Assembly: GCA_964558435.1 (NCBI GenBank)
Contig: CAZLDZ010000001.1
Coordinates: 1-30,343, forward strand
Length of the DNA: 30,343 nt
Direction: 5' to 3'
DNA from: an uncultured bacterium
GTDB lineage: Bacteria; Chlamydiota; Chlamydiia; Chlamydiales; Rhabdochlamydiaceae
The notes beneath the pieces are model-generated. The model did no database searches. It was not told the DNA's origin and was given only the letters and a program-made list of their open reading frames with translations. The position numbers and the translations under genes are program-made. This document shows, piece after piece, positions 9,037 to 18,023 of the stretch (position 1 is its first letter; each line of letters begins with the position of its first letter).

Positions 9037-10479
9037 ATGGAGCCTGCGCACAAGATAGCTGCCCGTTTTAAAAAGGGGGAAATTTCCGCGCAGGAAATCC
9101 TAGAAAAGACATTTGCCCAGATCGACAAACACGAGGAATCAGTGCAGGCTTTTTTAGCGCTTTTTAAAGAGCGGGCACATAAGAAAGCAGAAATCCTCGA
9201 TAAAAAACGCAAAGAGGGAAAAAATCTCGGCAAGCTTGCAGGAGTTCCGATTGCGCTCAAAGATAATATGTTTGTCAAGGGAGAGCTCGCCACCTGTGGC
9301 TCAAAATTCCTTGCCCATTATCGCGCTCCTTTTGATGCCACTATCACCGAGCTTTTAGAACAAGAAGATGCACTCATCATTGGGAAAACCAACATGGATG
9401 AGTTTGCGATGGGATCGTCCACGGAAAATTCCGCTTTTAAACACACAAAAAATCCTTGGAACCTCTCCTGTTCTCCCGGGGGATCTTCTGGAGGATCGGC
9501 AGCCGCAGTTTCTGCACGCTTCTGCCCTCTTGCTCTGGGAAGTGACACAGGAGGGTCCATCCGTCAACCTGCAGCTTTTTGCGGTGTTGTCGGCTTTAAA
9601 CCAACGTATGGAAGGGTGTCGCGCTGGGGCCTTGTTGCCTTCGCCTCTTCCCTTGACCAGATCGGCCCTTTTTCCACATGTACAGAAGATACAGCTCTCA
9701 TCATGGAGACTCTGGGCAAACATTGTGAAAAAGATTCCACTAGCATTCCCCATCCTCAGGAAAATTACACACAAACGCTACACAATGGCATTGCAAAAAA
9801 GCGGATTGGCGTCCCGTGGAATTTTCTTAAAGACTTATCTCCAGATGTCAAAGAGAGCTTTCAGAAATCCATTGAAGTCTACAAATCTCTTGGCTGCTCT
9901 ATCGTCGAAGTCGATCTCGACATATTGAAATATTCGATCGCCGTCTACTACATCCTTGCCACGGCAGAAGCCTCGAGTAACCTTGCACGCTTTGATGGAA
10001 TTCGCTACGGCACCCGTTCATCACGCGCAAAAACCCTAGAAGAAGTCTATGATTTTTCACGCCAAGAAGGGTTTGGCATGGAAGTTAAAAATCGCATTCT
10101 GTTAGGAACCTTTGTGCTCTCGTCAGGCTACCAAGATGCCTACTACAAAAAAGCCCAAAAAGTGCGCACCCTCATGATTGAAAAATTCCGCGCAGCATTT
10201 TCTTCCTGTGACATCATCGCCATGCCCTCTTCCCCTTTTGCTGCATTTTCTTTAGGCTCTGTGCAAGATCCCATGCAGATGTATCTCCAAGACATTTACA
10301 CAATTTGTGCCAATCTCGCGGGACTTCCTGCCATTTCCATTCCCGCGGGTTTTATTGAAGGAAAACCTCTAGGCCTACAACTTTTAGCCCCCGCTCTTCA
10401 AGACGGTCTTGTGCTTACCTTTGCCCACGCTTATGAAAAACAGACAAATCACGTGAGGGTTCCGCCAGCTTATGAGTAA
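9037..10479 (+). CDS. gatA: Amidotransferase subunit A
   Basis: GVPIALKDN, GKTNMDEFAMGSS, PGGSSGGSAAAV, GSDTGGSIRQPAAFCG. Confidence 0.98.
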   Translation: MEPAHKIAARFKKGEISAQEILEKTFAQIDKHEESVQAFLALFKERAHKKAEILDKKRKEGKNLGKLAGVPIALKDNMFVKGELATCGSKFLAHYRAPFDATITELLEQEDALIIGKTNMDEFAMGSSTENSAFKHTKNPWNLSCSPGGSSGGSAAAVSARFCPLALGSDTGGSIRQPAAFCGVVGFKPTYGRVSRWGLVAFASSLDQIGPFSTCTEDTALIMETLGKHCEKDSTSIPHPQENYTQTLHNGIAKKRIGVPWNFLKDLSPDVKESFQKSIEVYKSLGCSIVEVDLDILKYSIAVYYILATAEASSNLARFDGIRYGTRSSRAKTLEEVYDFSRQEGFGMEVKNRILLGTFVLSSGYQDAYYKKAQKVRTLMIEKFRAAFSSCDIIAMPSSPFAAFSLGSVQDPMQMYLQDIYTICANLAGLPAISIPAGFIEGKPLGLQLLAPALQDGLVLTFAHAYEKQTNHVRVPPAYE

Positions 10480-11935
10480 TATTCCTTATGAAGCATGGGA
10501 ACCCATCATCGGGCTCGAAATCCACGTCCAACTGAACACCCGCTCAAAACTTTTTAGCCCAGCGCCCAATCGCTTTGGGGATGAGCCCAACACAAACATC
10601 ACAGAGATCTGTACGGGACTGCCGGGAACTCTTCCCGTGCTCAATAAAGAAGCGGTTCAAAAAGCCATACGCTTTGGATGCGCTATCAACGCAGAAGTGC
10701 AACATTTCAGCACGTTCGACCGCAAATCCTACTTTTACCCCGACAGCCCCCGCAACTACCAGATCACCCAGTACGAGCAGCCCATCATTCTTGGTGGAAG
10801 CATCACGTGCGATGTCCAAGGAAAAACAAAACATTTTCTCATTGAACGCGCCCATCTAGAAGATGACGCCGGCATGCTGAAACATTTCAGCACCTTTGCC
10901 GGTGTCGATTATAACCGCGCAGGCGTCCCTCTTCTTGAAATCGTTTCCAAGCCCTGCATGCACGCGCCCAAAGATGCGAGCGCCTATGCCACGGCCATCC
11001 GTGCGATCATGCTCTATCTCGATGTTTCAGATTGCAATATGGAAGAAGGGTCCATTCGCTTTGACGTCAACGTCTCCGTGCGCCCCAAAGGAGAAAAAAA
11101 CCTGCGCACCAAAGTCGAAATCAAAAATATGAATTCCTTTGCGTACATGGAGATGGCAATTGAATCAGAAATCCGCCGCCAGATCCTCGCCTACACATCT
11201 CGTCCCCACGAAGATCCTGCACACATCATCACGCGGGGCACTTACCGCTTCGACCTCGAAAAAAAAGAAACCGTGCTCATGCGCCAAAAAGAAGAAGCCC
11301 AAGACTACCGCTACTTCCCCGAGCCCGACCTTGTCCCGCTCGTTCTCACACAAGCAGAAATTGACCGGATCCGCCGCGAGCTACCCGAGCTTCCCCACCA
11401 AAAATTCATGCGCTACACCACAGAGCTCAACCTCCCCGCATCCACCGCCTCCGTCCTGATCAATGACAAGCCCCTTTGTGACTACTTCGAAGACGCGCTC
11501 AAATATACACCCCATGCAAAAGCCCTTTCCAATTGGCTTGCCGTCGAGTTTACAGGACGCCTGAAAGAAAGCGGAAAAACCATCCAAGAATCGGGCATTC
11601 ACAGCGCACACATCGCCAAGCTCGTCAACCTCATCGATCAAGGCACTATCACAGGAAAAATTGCCAAAATGGTCGCCGATGAAATGGTCCTCCACCCCGG
11701 AAAAGACACAGAACAGATTGTCAAAGAGAATCCCGACTTCCAACCCTTACAAGACACCTCTTCCATCGAACCCATCGTCGACCAAGTCCTCGCCCAAAAC
11801 ACCCAATCCATCGCCGACTATAAGGCAGGAAAAGGCCGCGCTTTCGACTTCTTAGTCGGCCAAGTCATGAAAGCCACCAAAGGCAAGGCCTCGCCCGCCA
11901 TCGTCGGCAAACTACTCACCGAAAAACTAAAATAA
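10472..11935 (+). CDS. gatB: Amidotransferase subunit B
   Basis: IIGLEIHVQLNTRSKLF, RKSYFYPD, HLEDDAG, NRAGVPLLEIV, DYRYFPEPDL, FLVGQVMK. Confidence 0.98.
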   Translation: MSNIPYEAWEPIIGLEIHVQLNTRSKLFSPAPNRFGDEPNTNITEICTGLPGTLPVLNKEAVQKAIRFGCAINAEVQHFSTFDRKSYFYPDSPRNYQITQYEQPIILGGSITCDVQGKTKHFLIERAHLEDDAGMLKHFSTFAGVDYNRAGVPLLEIVSKPCMHAPKDASAYATAIRAIMLYLDVSDCNMEEGSIRFDVNVSVRPKGEKNLRTKVEIKNMNSFAYMEMAIESEIRRQILAYTSRPHEDPAHIITRGTYRFDLEKKETVLMRQKEEAQDYRYFPEPDLVPLVLTQAEIDRIRRELPELPHQKFMRYTTELNLPASTASVLINDKPLCDYFEDALKYTPHAKALSNWLAVEFTGRLKESGKTIQESGIHSAHIAKLVNLIDQGTITGKIAKMVADEMVLHPGKDTEQIVKENPDFQPLQDTSSIEPIVDQVLAQNTQSIADYKAGKGRAFDFLVGQVMKATKGKASPAIVGKLLTEKLK

Positions 11936-11990
11936 CATAAGTTTCAAATCGGGCAAGGGCACTCTTAATCCAGAGGAAAAACCAACTGCT

Positions 11991-12154
11991 TATAGTGATT
12001 TAAAACAAGATTGAGAGAATATGCAAGAAGGCTGCGCAGATTTTTTGCTCTGGAGCGAGCGGCCATTGTTCGAGAACAAGACGCGAGCGAAGACAAAAAA
12101 GATGCTGCAGAGCCGACGCAGCAGATTTTCTCAATGTTGTTTTAAATCACTATA
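11991..12154. mobile_element. 164-bp MITE with Correia-like TATAGTG ends
   Basis: 34-bp terminal inverted repeats with 3 mismatches (first 18 bp perfect): tatagtgatttaaaacaagattgagagaatatgc versus the reverse complement of the right end, tatagtgatttaaaacaacattgagaaaatctgc. TA at both ends; non-coding interior. Confidence 0.85.
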
Positions 12155-12158
12155 CCAC

Positions 12159-12222
12159 ATTTTTCGCTGGTTATACCTTTATACTCAGCGAAAATTGCAC
12201 CTTTTACCCCATTTTTCGCTGG
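12159..12222. repeat. Three copies of a CAGCGAAAA motif in alternating orientation; possible remnant ends of a second element
   Basis: atttttcgctgg at 12159-12170 and 12211-12222; cagcgaaaa at 12186-12194; TATA at 12172-12175 and 12180-12183. Confidence 0.5.
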
Positions 12223-12245
12223 GTTGGTTGTTAAGCCGTTAATTA

Positions 12246-12584
12246 TTAGCGTGTTGCTAGTCTAATAATTCCAATGTTTTGTTTGGTACTAAGAAAATTC
12301 CCACTTTTAACGATGGGTTTGATGGGTGTATGATAGCTTTCTTCCACCCACAAATCATATTTTTGCTGAAGATTCAGCCACAACTGTGGAGAAGTGTCGA
12401 AAGCTTCTGCAAGAGAAAGCGCAAGCGACGGCGTAACACTTGCTTTTCCTGCGCGAATTTTAAATAGAGTATTTCGTGCGATTGCCAAACGGTCAGCAAG
12501 CTTTTGTAAATTCAAGTTCAAAGGCTTAATATAGTGCTCATTTAAAATTTTTCCAGGATGTGTAGGCTTTCTTTTCTTAATCAT
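12246..12584 (-). CDS. higA: HigA-family antitoxin (HTH)
   Basis: PTHPGKIL...LNLQKLADRLAI...SVTPSLALSLAEAFDTSPQLWLNLQQKYDLW; lies downstream of the toxin gene. Confidence 0.93.
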   Translation of the reverse strand: MIKKRKPTHPGKILNEHYIKPLNLNLQKLADRLAIARNTLFKIRAGKASVTPSLALSLAEAFDTSPQLWLNLQQKYDLWVEESYHTPIKPIVKSGNFLSTKQNIGIIRLATR

Positions 12585-12593
12585 ATTTCCTCC

Positions 12594-12875
12594 TTAATGG
12601 TAATCTATTAAATCGACATTGTGAGCTTCGCCATTTACAAATCGAAAAATTATCGTCCAATTCCCATTCACGTGCACCGAATAAAATCCCCTGAACTCTC
12701 CTTTTAGAGGATGAAAATCCGATCCAGGAAAGTTCATATCTTTTACATCCACTGCTGTATCTAGCCGATCTAAAATAGAAGCAATTTTCTTTGCATGGGC
12801 AGCCTGAATTCCAGACTTATTGCCTGTCTCGAAAAACTTCCTTAAACTTTTATTCCTAAATGACTCTATTGCCAC
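12594..12875 (-). CDS. higB: HigB-family (RelE-superfamily) toxin
   Basis: From GTG 12875: (M)AIESFRNKSLRKFFETG...LDRLD...FHPLKGEFRGFYSVHVNGNWTIIFRF...VDLIDYH. The ORF-track start at 12905 is probably too long. Confidence 0.92.
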   Translation of the reverse strand: MAIESFRNKSLRKFFETGNKSGIQAAHAKKIASILDRLDTAVDVKDMNFPGSDFHPLKGEFRGFYSVHVNGNWTIIFRFVNGEAHNVDLIDYH

Positions 12876-12896
12876 AAAAAATCCACAAAATCTGAG

Positions 12897-12915
12897 TGTA
12901 ACCAAAACAGTTACA
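12897..12915. promoter_or_regulatory. Putative higBA operator palindrome
   Basis: TGTAAC-N7-GTTACA about 20 bp upstream of the higB GTG. TA operons are commonly autorepressed through such palindromes; binding is inferred. Confidence 0.5.
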
Positions 12916-12920
12916 TTTAG

Positions 12921-13784
12921 TCAAGGTCTTGGATGAAACGCCCGAAAGGCTTCATGCAGATGCTTTTTGCTGATGTGCGTGTAGCGATCGGTTGTGGCGA
13001 TGCTGGCATGGCCCAGCATCTCTTGGATGACGCGCAGGTCGGCCCCATTTTCTAGAAGATGTGTCGCAAACGAGTGGCGCAGCGTATGTGGGGAAATCGA
13101 TTTGGTGATCCCTGCGCGTGTCGCGTAAAATTTGATGCGCCTCCAGATCTCTTGCCTGCCGATGCGCTTTCCTCGGCTCGTGACAAAAAGCGCCGGCTCA
13201 TGTTCGCTCGTTTTGCGAAATTCAAGCAGATAATGATCGACAGCGCCGACCGCAATTTTGGCAACAGGAACAACTCTGTCTTTTCCCCCTTTTCCCTTCA
13301 CGCGAATAAAGTCATCGTCCAAATCTTGAATATTCAGAGAGGCGACTTCAGACACCCGCAAACCCGAAGCGTACAAGATTTCGAGAATGGCCCGATCGCG
13401 CGCCCCCAAAAAAGAACTGGTATCAGGTGCAGCAAAAAGACTTTCGATTTCGCTTGCGCTCAGCACTTCAGGAATCCATTCTTCAAGCTTGGGCCCTTCC
13501 AAGTACAACGTAGGATCGCTTGCGATTTTTTTCTCCCGCTTTAGAAAGCGGAAGAAAACTTTTATCGCAACAAGTGCGCGAGAAATCGAGCTTGACGCAT
13601 AGCTTCTCTCTTTTAAATGCGCCAAAAACTGCACAATCTCTTTTTCTGAAACCTCCGAAAAATCTTTCACTTGAAGAAATGCGCGCAAAAGCTCAAGATC
13701 ACGCTCATAAGATGCGAGGGTATTCTTGGCAAGCCCCCTCTCGGAGGCAAGGTAAGCAAGGAAATCGGAAATTTCTGGATACAT
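12921..13784 (-). CDS. xerD: Tyrosine recombinase XerD
   Basis: ERGLAKNTLASY, RDRAILEILYASGLRVSE, KGKGGKDRVVP, SPHTLRHSFATHLLENGADLRVIQEMLGHASIATTDRYTH. Confidence 0.92.
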   Translation of the reverse strand: MYPEISDFLAYLASERGLAKNTLASYERDLELLRAFLQVKDFSEVSEKEIVQFLAHLKERSYASSSISRALVAIKVFFRFLKREKKIASDPTLYLEGPKLEEWIPEVLSASEIESLFAAPDTSSFLGARDRAILEILYASGLRVSEVASLNIQDLDDDFIRVKGKGGKDRVVPVAKIAVGAVDHYLLEFRKTSEHEPALFVTSRGKRIGRQEIWRRIKFYATRAGITKSISPHTLRHSFATHLLENGADLRVIQEMLGHASIATTDRYTHISKKHLHEAFRAFHPRP

Positions 13785-13786
13785 AA

Positions 13787-14815
13787 GTGAACTATAAGGC
13801 TTTTTTATTTCTCTTGGCTAGCGCCACGCTTCTTGCAGAAGTTCCCAGTCGGGGCTGTGGCTTTTTTGTCTCCGCCGATTTTCTCTACTGGAAAGCCCAC
13901 GAAGAAGGGCTTGAATTTGCTCAGTCAGGAATCAAAGGCCCCTCCAATCCAAACCCCGAATCTGTAAAAAAAGGCTCTTTCTTCCATCCACGTTTTGAAT
14001 GGGCCCCTGGTTTTCGTGTGGGCGCTGGCTACAAAATCCCCAAGCAACAGTGGGAAATCTGGCTCAACTGGACCCGCTACAACGCCGAAGCAAAAAAATC
14101 CATCTCCCATGTGGGCGATGTCAATCTCGATCCTTTTTTTCCCATTCTCGATCACCCGCGCTTTGTGGGCGGCCCTCTTGTTTCCGCCTCTTCCAAACTC
14201 AACCTACGCTACAACACCCTCGATTTGCAGATCTCCCGTCCCCTTCCCATCGACCGCTACCTGCTTTTTTCTCCCCACTTTGGCCTGCGCGCTGCTTGGA
14301 TCGACCAGCGCTACAAAATCAACGAACTTATGAGCTCAAGCTCAACCAACCTCAACATGCAAGCCCACGAACTCCGCAATACCCACAATTTCCGCGGTAT
14401 CGGTTTGCGCGGCGGCGTCCATTCTCTTTGGCTCTTCAACACCCACCTAGGCCTTTTTGGTAACGCCGCCTTTGGACTCATCGGCGGCAGGTTTTGCGTG
14501 CAGCAAAAAATGACAGAAACCCTGAACACAATCCCCCCCTCCATTCTCCAAGGAACGTACGTAAACACGCGCACAAATTTCCATCATCTTGTCCCAGAGC
14601 TCGAAGCGGCCTTAGGTCTCCACATCGAGCCCGGCACCTACAAAGACCGCTACCATTTCGAAGTGGATCTCGGATGGGAATACACCCTCTGGTTCCACCA
14701 AAATCAACTCTTTAACTATTCAGGAGAAAGCCTCACCTCTTCAGGCAGTGGAAATCGAGCCCGCGGCAACCTCAGCCTCCAAGGCTTCACCGCCAGCGCC
14801 AAACTCTACTTTTAG
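13787..14815 (+). CDS. Legionella-MOMP/Lpg1974-family outer membrane beta-barrel protein
   Basis: GTG start, signal peptide, ADFLYWK, PGFRVGAGY, YNTLDL, PHFGLRAAWIDQ, FRGIGLRGG, terminal LQGFTASAKLYF with C-terminal Phe. Confidence 0.88.
   Translation: MNYKAFLFLLASATLLAEVPSRGCGFFVSADFLYWKAHEEGLEFAQSGIKGPSNPNPESVKKGSFFHPRFEWAPGFRVGAGYKIPKQQWEIWLNWTRYNAEAKKSISHVGDVNLDPFFPILDHPRFVGGPLVSASSKLNLRYNTLDLQISRPLPIDRYLLFSPHFGLRAAWIDQRYKINELMSSSSTNLNMQAHELRNTHNFRGIGLRGGVHSLWLFNTHLGLFGNAAFGLIGGRFCVQQKMTETLNTIPPSILQGTYVNTRTNFHHLVPELEAALGLHIEPGTYKDRYHFEVDLGWEYTLWFHQNQLFNYSGESLTSSGSGNRARGNLSLQGFTASAKLYF
13791..13820 (-). promoter_or_regulatory. Putative xerD promoter inside the porin gene's signal-peptide codons (predicted leaderless)
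   Basis: Minus strand TAGCCA (13820-13815)-N18-TATAGT (13796-13791); the xerD ATG begins 7 nt after the -10. Confidence 0.45.
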
Positions 14816-14816
14816 A

Positions 14817-15032
14817 CAGAAGAAAATCGAATCATTAGGAAACGAGCTGCAAAAGGAATTCCCAGGGATTAGCGGGTTTTCACGATCTAATCTGTTCAAA
14901 ATGAGAGCTTTTTACCTATCTTATGAAAAAGTCTCACAGACCGTGAAACAATTTGAAGAGCTCCCTATCTCCCAGATCCCGTGGGGGCACAATGTAATCT
15001 TGGTTACAAAAATTAAAGATACGAAAAAACGT
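14817..15032 (+). pseudogene. Fragment of a YhcG/DUF1016 N-terminal domain
   Basis: KIESLGNELQKEFPGISGFSRSNLFKMRAFY...SQIPWGHNVILVTKIKD matches DUF1016_N motifs; no proper start and no PD-(D/E)XK domain. Confidence 0.85.
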
Positions 15033-15148
15033 CCTAAGAAAAAAAGAATCAAGCCATGAACACCGATGTTAAGAATACACATCTTACCACACATACCATG
15101 CTGATCCTAGCTATCATGTGCCCGGTTTTGCCCATTCGAAACTCTACT

Positions 15149-16108
15149 TTAAGTCATGCAGATGCAGGCGATGCCGAGCCAAAGAATGCCCAGCGTGCCC
15201 GTAAGGGCGCAAGAGACGAGATTTTCACCGAGATAGGCCGCAAACCCCAGCGCAGCGATACAGGTTGCGCCGACGCATGCAAAAAGCTCTTGATCATAGA
15301 CCCCTTTCCCAGCATATTGTGCGTTCTTATAAAGAGCATAGGCATCCGCAATCAAGAAAAACACCCCAGTCGCTGCATTGAGCGCTGATGATACTAACAC
15401 CGCCTGTGCATCTGCCGAAACCAGAGGGATCACTGAAGAAAGCGTTGCAAAAATCGTGACAACAAGCCCTACCGACGTCCAGAAAATGTGTTTGTTATTC
15501 TCAATAAATGCCAAATCTATGGCGTCATCCTGGACAATTTCATAATGCGAAGAACCAAATAGACGCCAAAGTTCACGAGATGACTTCTGATTGATCAAAG
15601 TCATACGGTCAAAATTGTCTTGGAGCGCATTAAGCTCGAGCCTAAATATCACATGTTCACTCAGCGAGATGATCTGGGAGATCACACCCAAACCACCAAA
15701 GACGGCAAAAAGACCCATCCCCGCCTGGTTAAAAATCCCTAGAGCCACTTCATAAGTCTTAGATGTGGTCAGATTTGCCCAAATGCCCAGCACACGGATC
15801 GGAATATAGGTAAGACCCGCCGCCGTCAAAACAGCGCCGCGCGCGCATTCACAAGACGCAATAGCTGTTCCCACACCTTCTTCGCTTGTTTGTAGCCAAA
15901 ACCATTGGCGATTCAGCATCGACAACCCCGAAAAGAAACTCAAGATCGTGGTAAGTCCCAGAGCCGGAAACGTCGCAGGATCCTGAACCCCTTGAAGAGC
16001 ATTCCAGGTTCCCACCGCCCCCCGTGCCAGCACAGAGGTATCCATGACGAGATCAAGCTCGCCCTGGGCCATGCTACCAAAGAATGGATTGTATTGAACA
16101 GTTGACAT
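15149..16108 (-). CDS. Multi-pass hydrophobic protein, Inc-like/putative T3SS substrate; paralog of 16179..17960
   Basis: 319 aa, about 7 hydrophobic segments, collinear motifs shared with the upstream gene. Confidence 0.75.
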   Translation of the reverse strand: MSTVQYNPFFGSMAQGELDLVMDTSVLARGAVGTWNALQGVQDPATFPALGLTTILSFFSGLSMLNRQWFWLQTSEEGVGTAIASCECARGAVLTAAGLTYIPIRVLGIWANLTTSKTYEVALGIFNQAGMGLFAVFGGLGVISQIISLSEHVIFRLELNALQDNFDRMTLINQKSSRELWRLFGSSHYEIVQDDAIDLAFIENNKHIFWTSVGLVVTIFATLSSVIPLVSADAQAVLVSSALNAATGVFFLIADAYALYKNAQYAGKGVYDQELFACVGATCIAALGFAAYLGENLVSCALTGTLGILWLGIACICMT

Positions 16109-16114
16109 GGTAAT

Positions 16115-16142
16115 AATATAAACAATTATTACTTATAGTCAT
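16115..16142 (-). promoter_or_regulatory. Putative promoter (predicted leaderless) of the 319-aa gene
   Basis: Minus strand ATGACT-N16-TATATT; the ATG begins 7 nt after the -10; no SD. Confidence 0.4.
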
Positions 16143-16178
16143 AGTAAATTAAAATTTATATAATAATTATAATTTTAA

Positions 16179-17960
16179 TTATTTGCTTTTAATCGGAATA
16201 AATAATGATGAAGCTGCAATTGCATTAAGTTTATTGGCTGCAAGAGTGCGTTTTCTTGCAGATAAACTGTCAATGCGTCTATTGACAGCTTGCTTAAAAG
16301 CATCACCGGTTATATTTCTTGCAGAAGAAACATAAAGGCGGCCCTGGGCTAGACCTCCTCTTCCAATTTCACGCAGAATGGCTTGACGGTCAATCGTGCG
16401 CAAGTTTTTAAAGAGTCGCTTTAATTTCTCTTTATCTTTTTCTGTTTCGAGACGCTGTCTGAACTGCTCAAGAGTGCACTGCTCACTTGCATTCCAAAGG
16501 AGCTTACTCCAGGTATACCCATTGACTCCGAGCCAGAGAGTCGCAATGACAAGCGTCGCAATGAGCGGTACGATTCCGAGAGACAGAACACTAATCACAG
16601 CAATAGATGCTGCAAACCCTATCAGGGCAATCGCACTGCTGACGGCAAGCATCGTCTTGTCAAATTCATGTGGCTGCGCCGTTTTAAGCGCTTTGTTCAC
16701 GCAGTAACCATCAAGAAGGATCATGAGCCCCCCGACAACTAAGAACGCCACCGTGATGAGAAGCGGTGCAAGTCCGCCCGTGCAAACAAACAGAGCGATT
16801 GTCGCTGCAACGCCGATCATGCACGCCACGAGGTAGCCCACATTCACCCAGAAGTTAGCATCCATCTGCGCGCGGATGTCTTTCAATAAAGTTTTCAAAG
16901 CGCCTACATGTCTTTCATCGACTGGTTTTGTAAAATCTATTTTCTTACCAAGATCTTCAAATTTTTTGGCACAAACAGGACCCATAGCAGCAATGAGTGC
17001 AAGTCTGCGCTGTGCAAAATAACGTTCCTTGAGAACGTCAAATCCAATGAATTCAAGCACAGTTTTAGGTGTGAAGGTAACTCCACTTGCTTGGACATCT
17101 GGATCTTCGTTTTGCGCCGCAGCTTCTCTTACTGCGATTGCATATACAATACGCTCAAGTTCTTTCTGCGTTAGGTGGCCTAATCCCATTTTTTTCAGTC
17201 GAGCAATTGCATGTGCGCGTCCAGCTTCAACACGCGTTTCAAAATCTCCGAGATCATCCGCATTCACAATTTCTCGACCATTCCATTTATCCCAGAACTG
17301 TTTAAAACGAACGAGCTGATCATCACCTGGTCGCATTGCTTCTTCAAGCTCTGCACGGAATTTAGAAGCATTGTAAATTTCGACCATGCAAAGCACCCCT
17401 AAAAGCGCGTAGAAGACGCCCCAGAGTGCATTACCGACTGTAGAAACAATATAGGTCACTCGACCGAGAAGAGTCGGTACAATAGCGCTCGAAGTATCGA
17501 CATTTTTGATGTAGGAAGCAAGTGTCAGGCCACGCACACCAAAGAACAATGTTCCACCAGCAGCTTGTACAACACGGCCTGCGAGTTCAACATGTGCGGC
17601 GCGCTCGCCATCGGCGTAACCGACGCTTGCTGCTTGAGCAGCTTTCGCTCTAGCTCTGAGAGCGCCATTGGCACCAAGAAAAGCGTTTACTCCCGTAGAA
17701 AGCCCCATTGTGCCGTCCAGAGCATCGCTTGCGACACCTGGCACAAGACGCGCAATCATACACTGATCTGTCACGCAATCCTGAGCAGAAGAGACCGCGC
17801 AGCTCACATGCGGACGCGAAGACAACACAAGCGGACGCGCAGCCGTGCGCGAAAAAAGAGCAAATAGGGACCTTGCCGCCTGCATTTGCAGCTCTTCAGG
17901 GACTGGCGCATATAAGCCCTTCTGATCCGGAACTATAATTCCACTAGATTTAGTTGCCAT
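16179..17960 (-). CDS. Multi-pass hydrophobic protein with large soluble insert, Inc-like/putative T3SS substrate
   Basis: 593 aa, AAAGGA SD, about 7 hydrophobic segments, no cleavable signal peptide. Confidence 0.78.
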   Translation of the reverse strand: MATKSSGIIVPDQKGLYAPVPEELQMQAARSLFALFSRTAARPLVLSSRPHVSCAVSSAQDCVTDQCMIARLVPGVASDALDGTMGLSTGVNAFLGANGALRARAKAAQAASVGYADGERAAHVELAGRVVQAAGGTLFFGVRGLTLASYIKNVDTSSAIVPTLLGRVTYIVSTVGNALWGVFYALLGVLCMVEIYNASKFRAELEEAMRPGDDQLVRFKQFWDKWNGREIVNADDLGDFETRVEAGRAHAIARLKKMGLGHLTQKELERIVYAIAVREAAAQNEDPDVQASGVTFTPKTVLEFIGFDVLKERYFAQRRLALIAAMGPVCAKKFEDLGKKIDFTKPVDERHVGALKTLLKDIRAQMDANFWVNVGYLVACMIGVAATIALFVCTGGLAPLLITVAFLVVGGLMILLDGYCVNKALKTAQPHEFDKTMLAVSSAIALIGFAASIAVISVLSLGIVPLIATLVIATLWLGVNGYTWSKLLWNASEQCTLEQFRQRLETEKDKEKLKRLFKNLRTIDRQAILREIGRGGLAQGRLYVSSARNITGDAFKQAVNRRIDSLSARKRTLAANKLNAIAASSLFIPIKSK

Positions 17961-18023
17961 AAGTTAATTTCCTTTAAGCAACTATCATTATATAGTAATT
18001 AGTAAATTATTTACTACAATTAT

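Noticed and set aside
12246-13784. Tyrosine recombinase beside TA genes read as an integrative element
   Set aside because: The sequence fits housekeeping XerD; I found no tRNA att site, flanking direct repeats or other phage/ICE genes.
14813-15059. Stop-codon read-through fusing the porin to DUF1016
   Set aside because: The frames differ, and the porin ends in the C-terminal Phe required for BamA recognition.
15049-15135. 28-codon hydrophobic minus-strand ORF (MGKTGHMIARISMVCVVRCVFLTSVFMA) after the 319-aa gene
   Set aside because: Too short, no SD, and no alignment to the C-terminal extension of the paralog.
15149-17960. Calling the hydrophobic pair CopB/CopD translocators
   Set aside because: No adjacent TPR class II chaperone and more hydrophobic segments than known translocators; kept only as a hypothesis.
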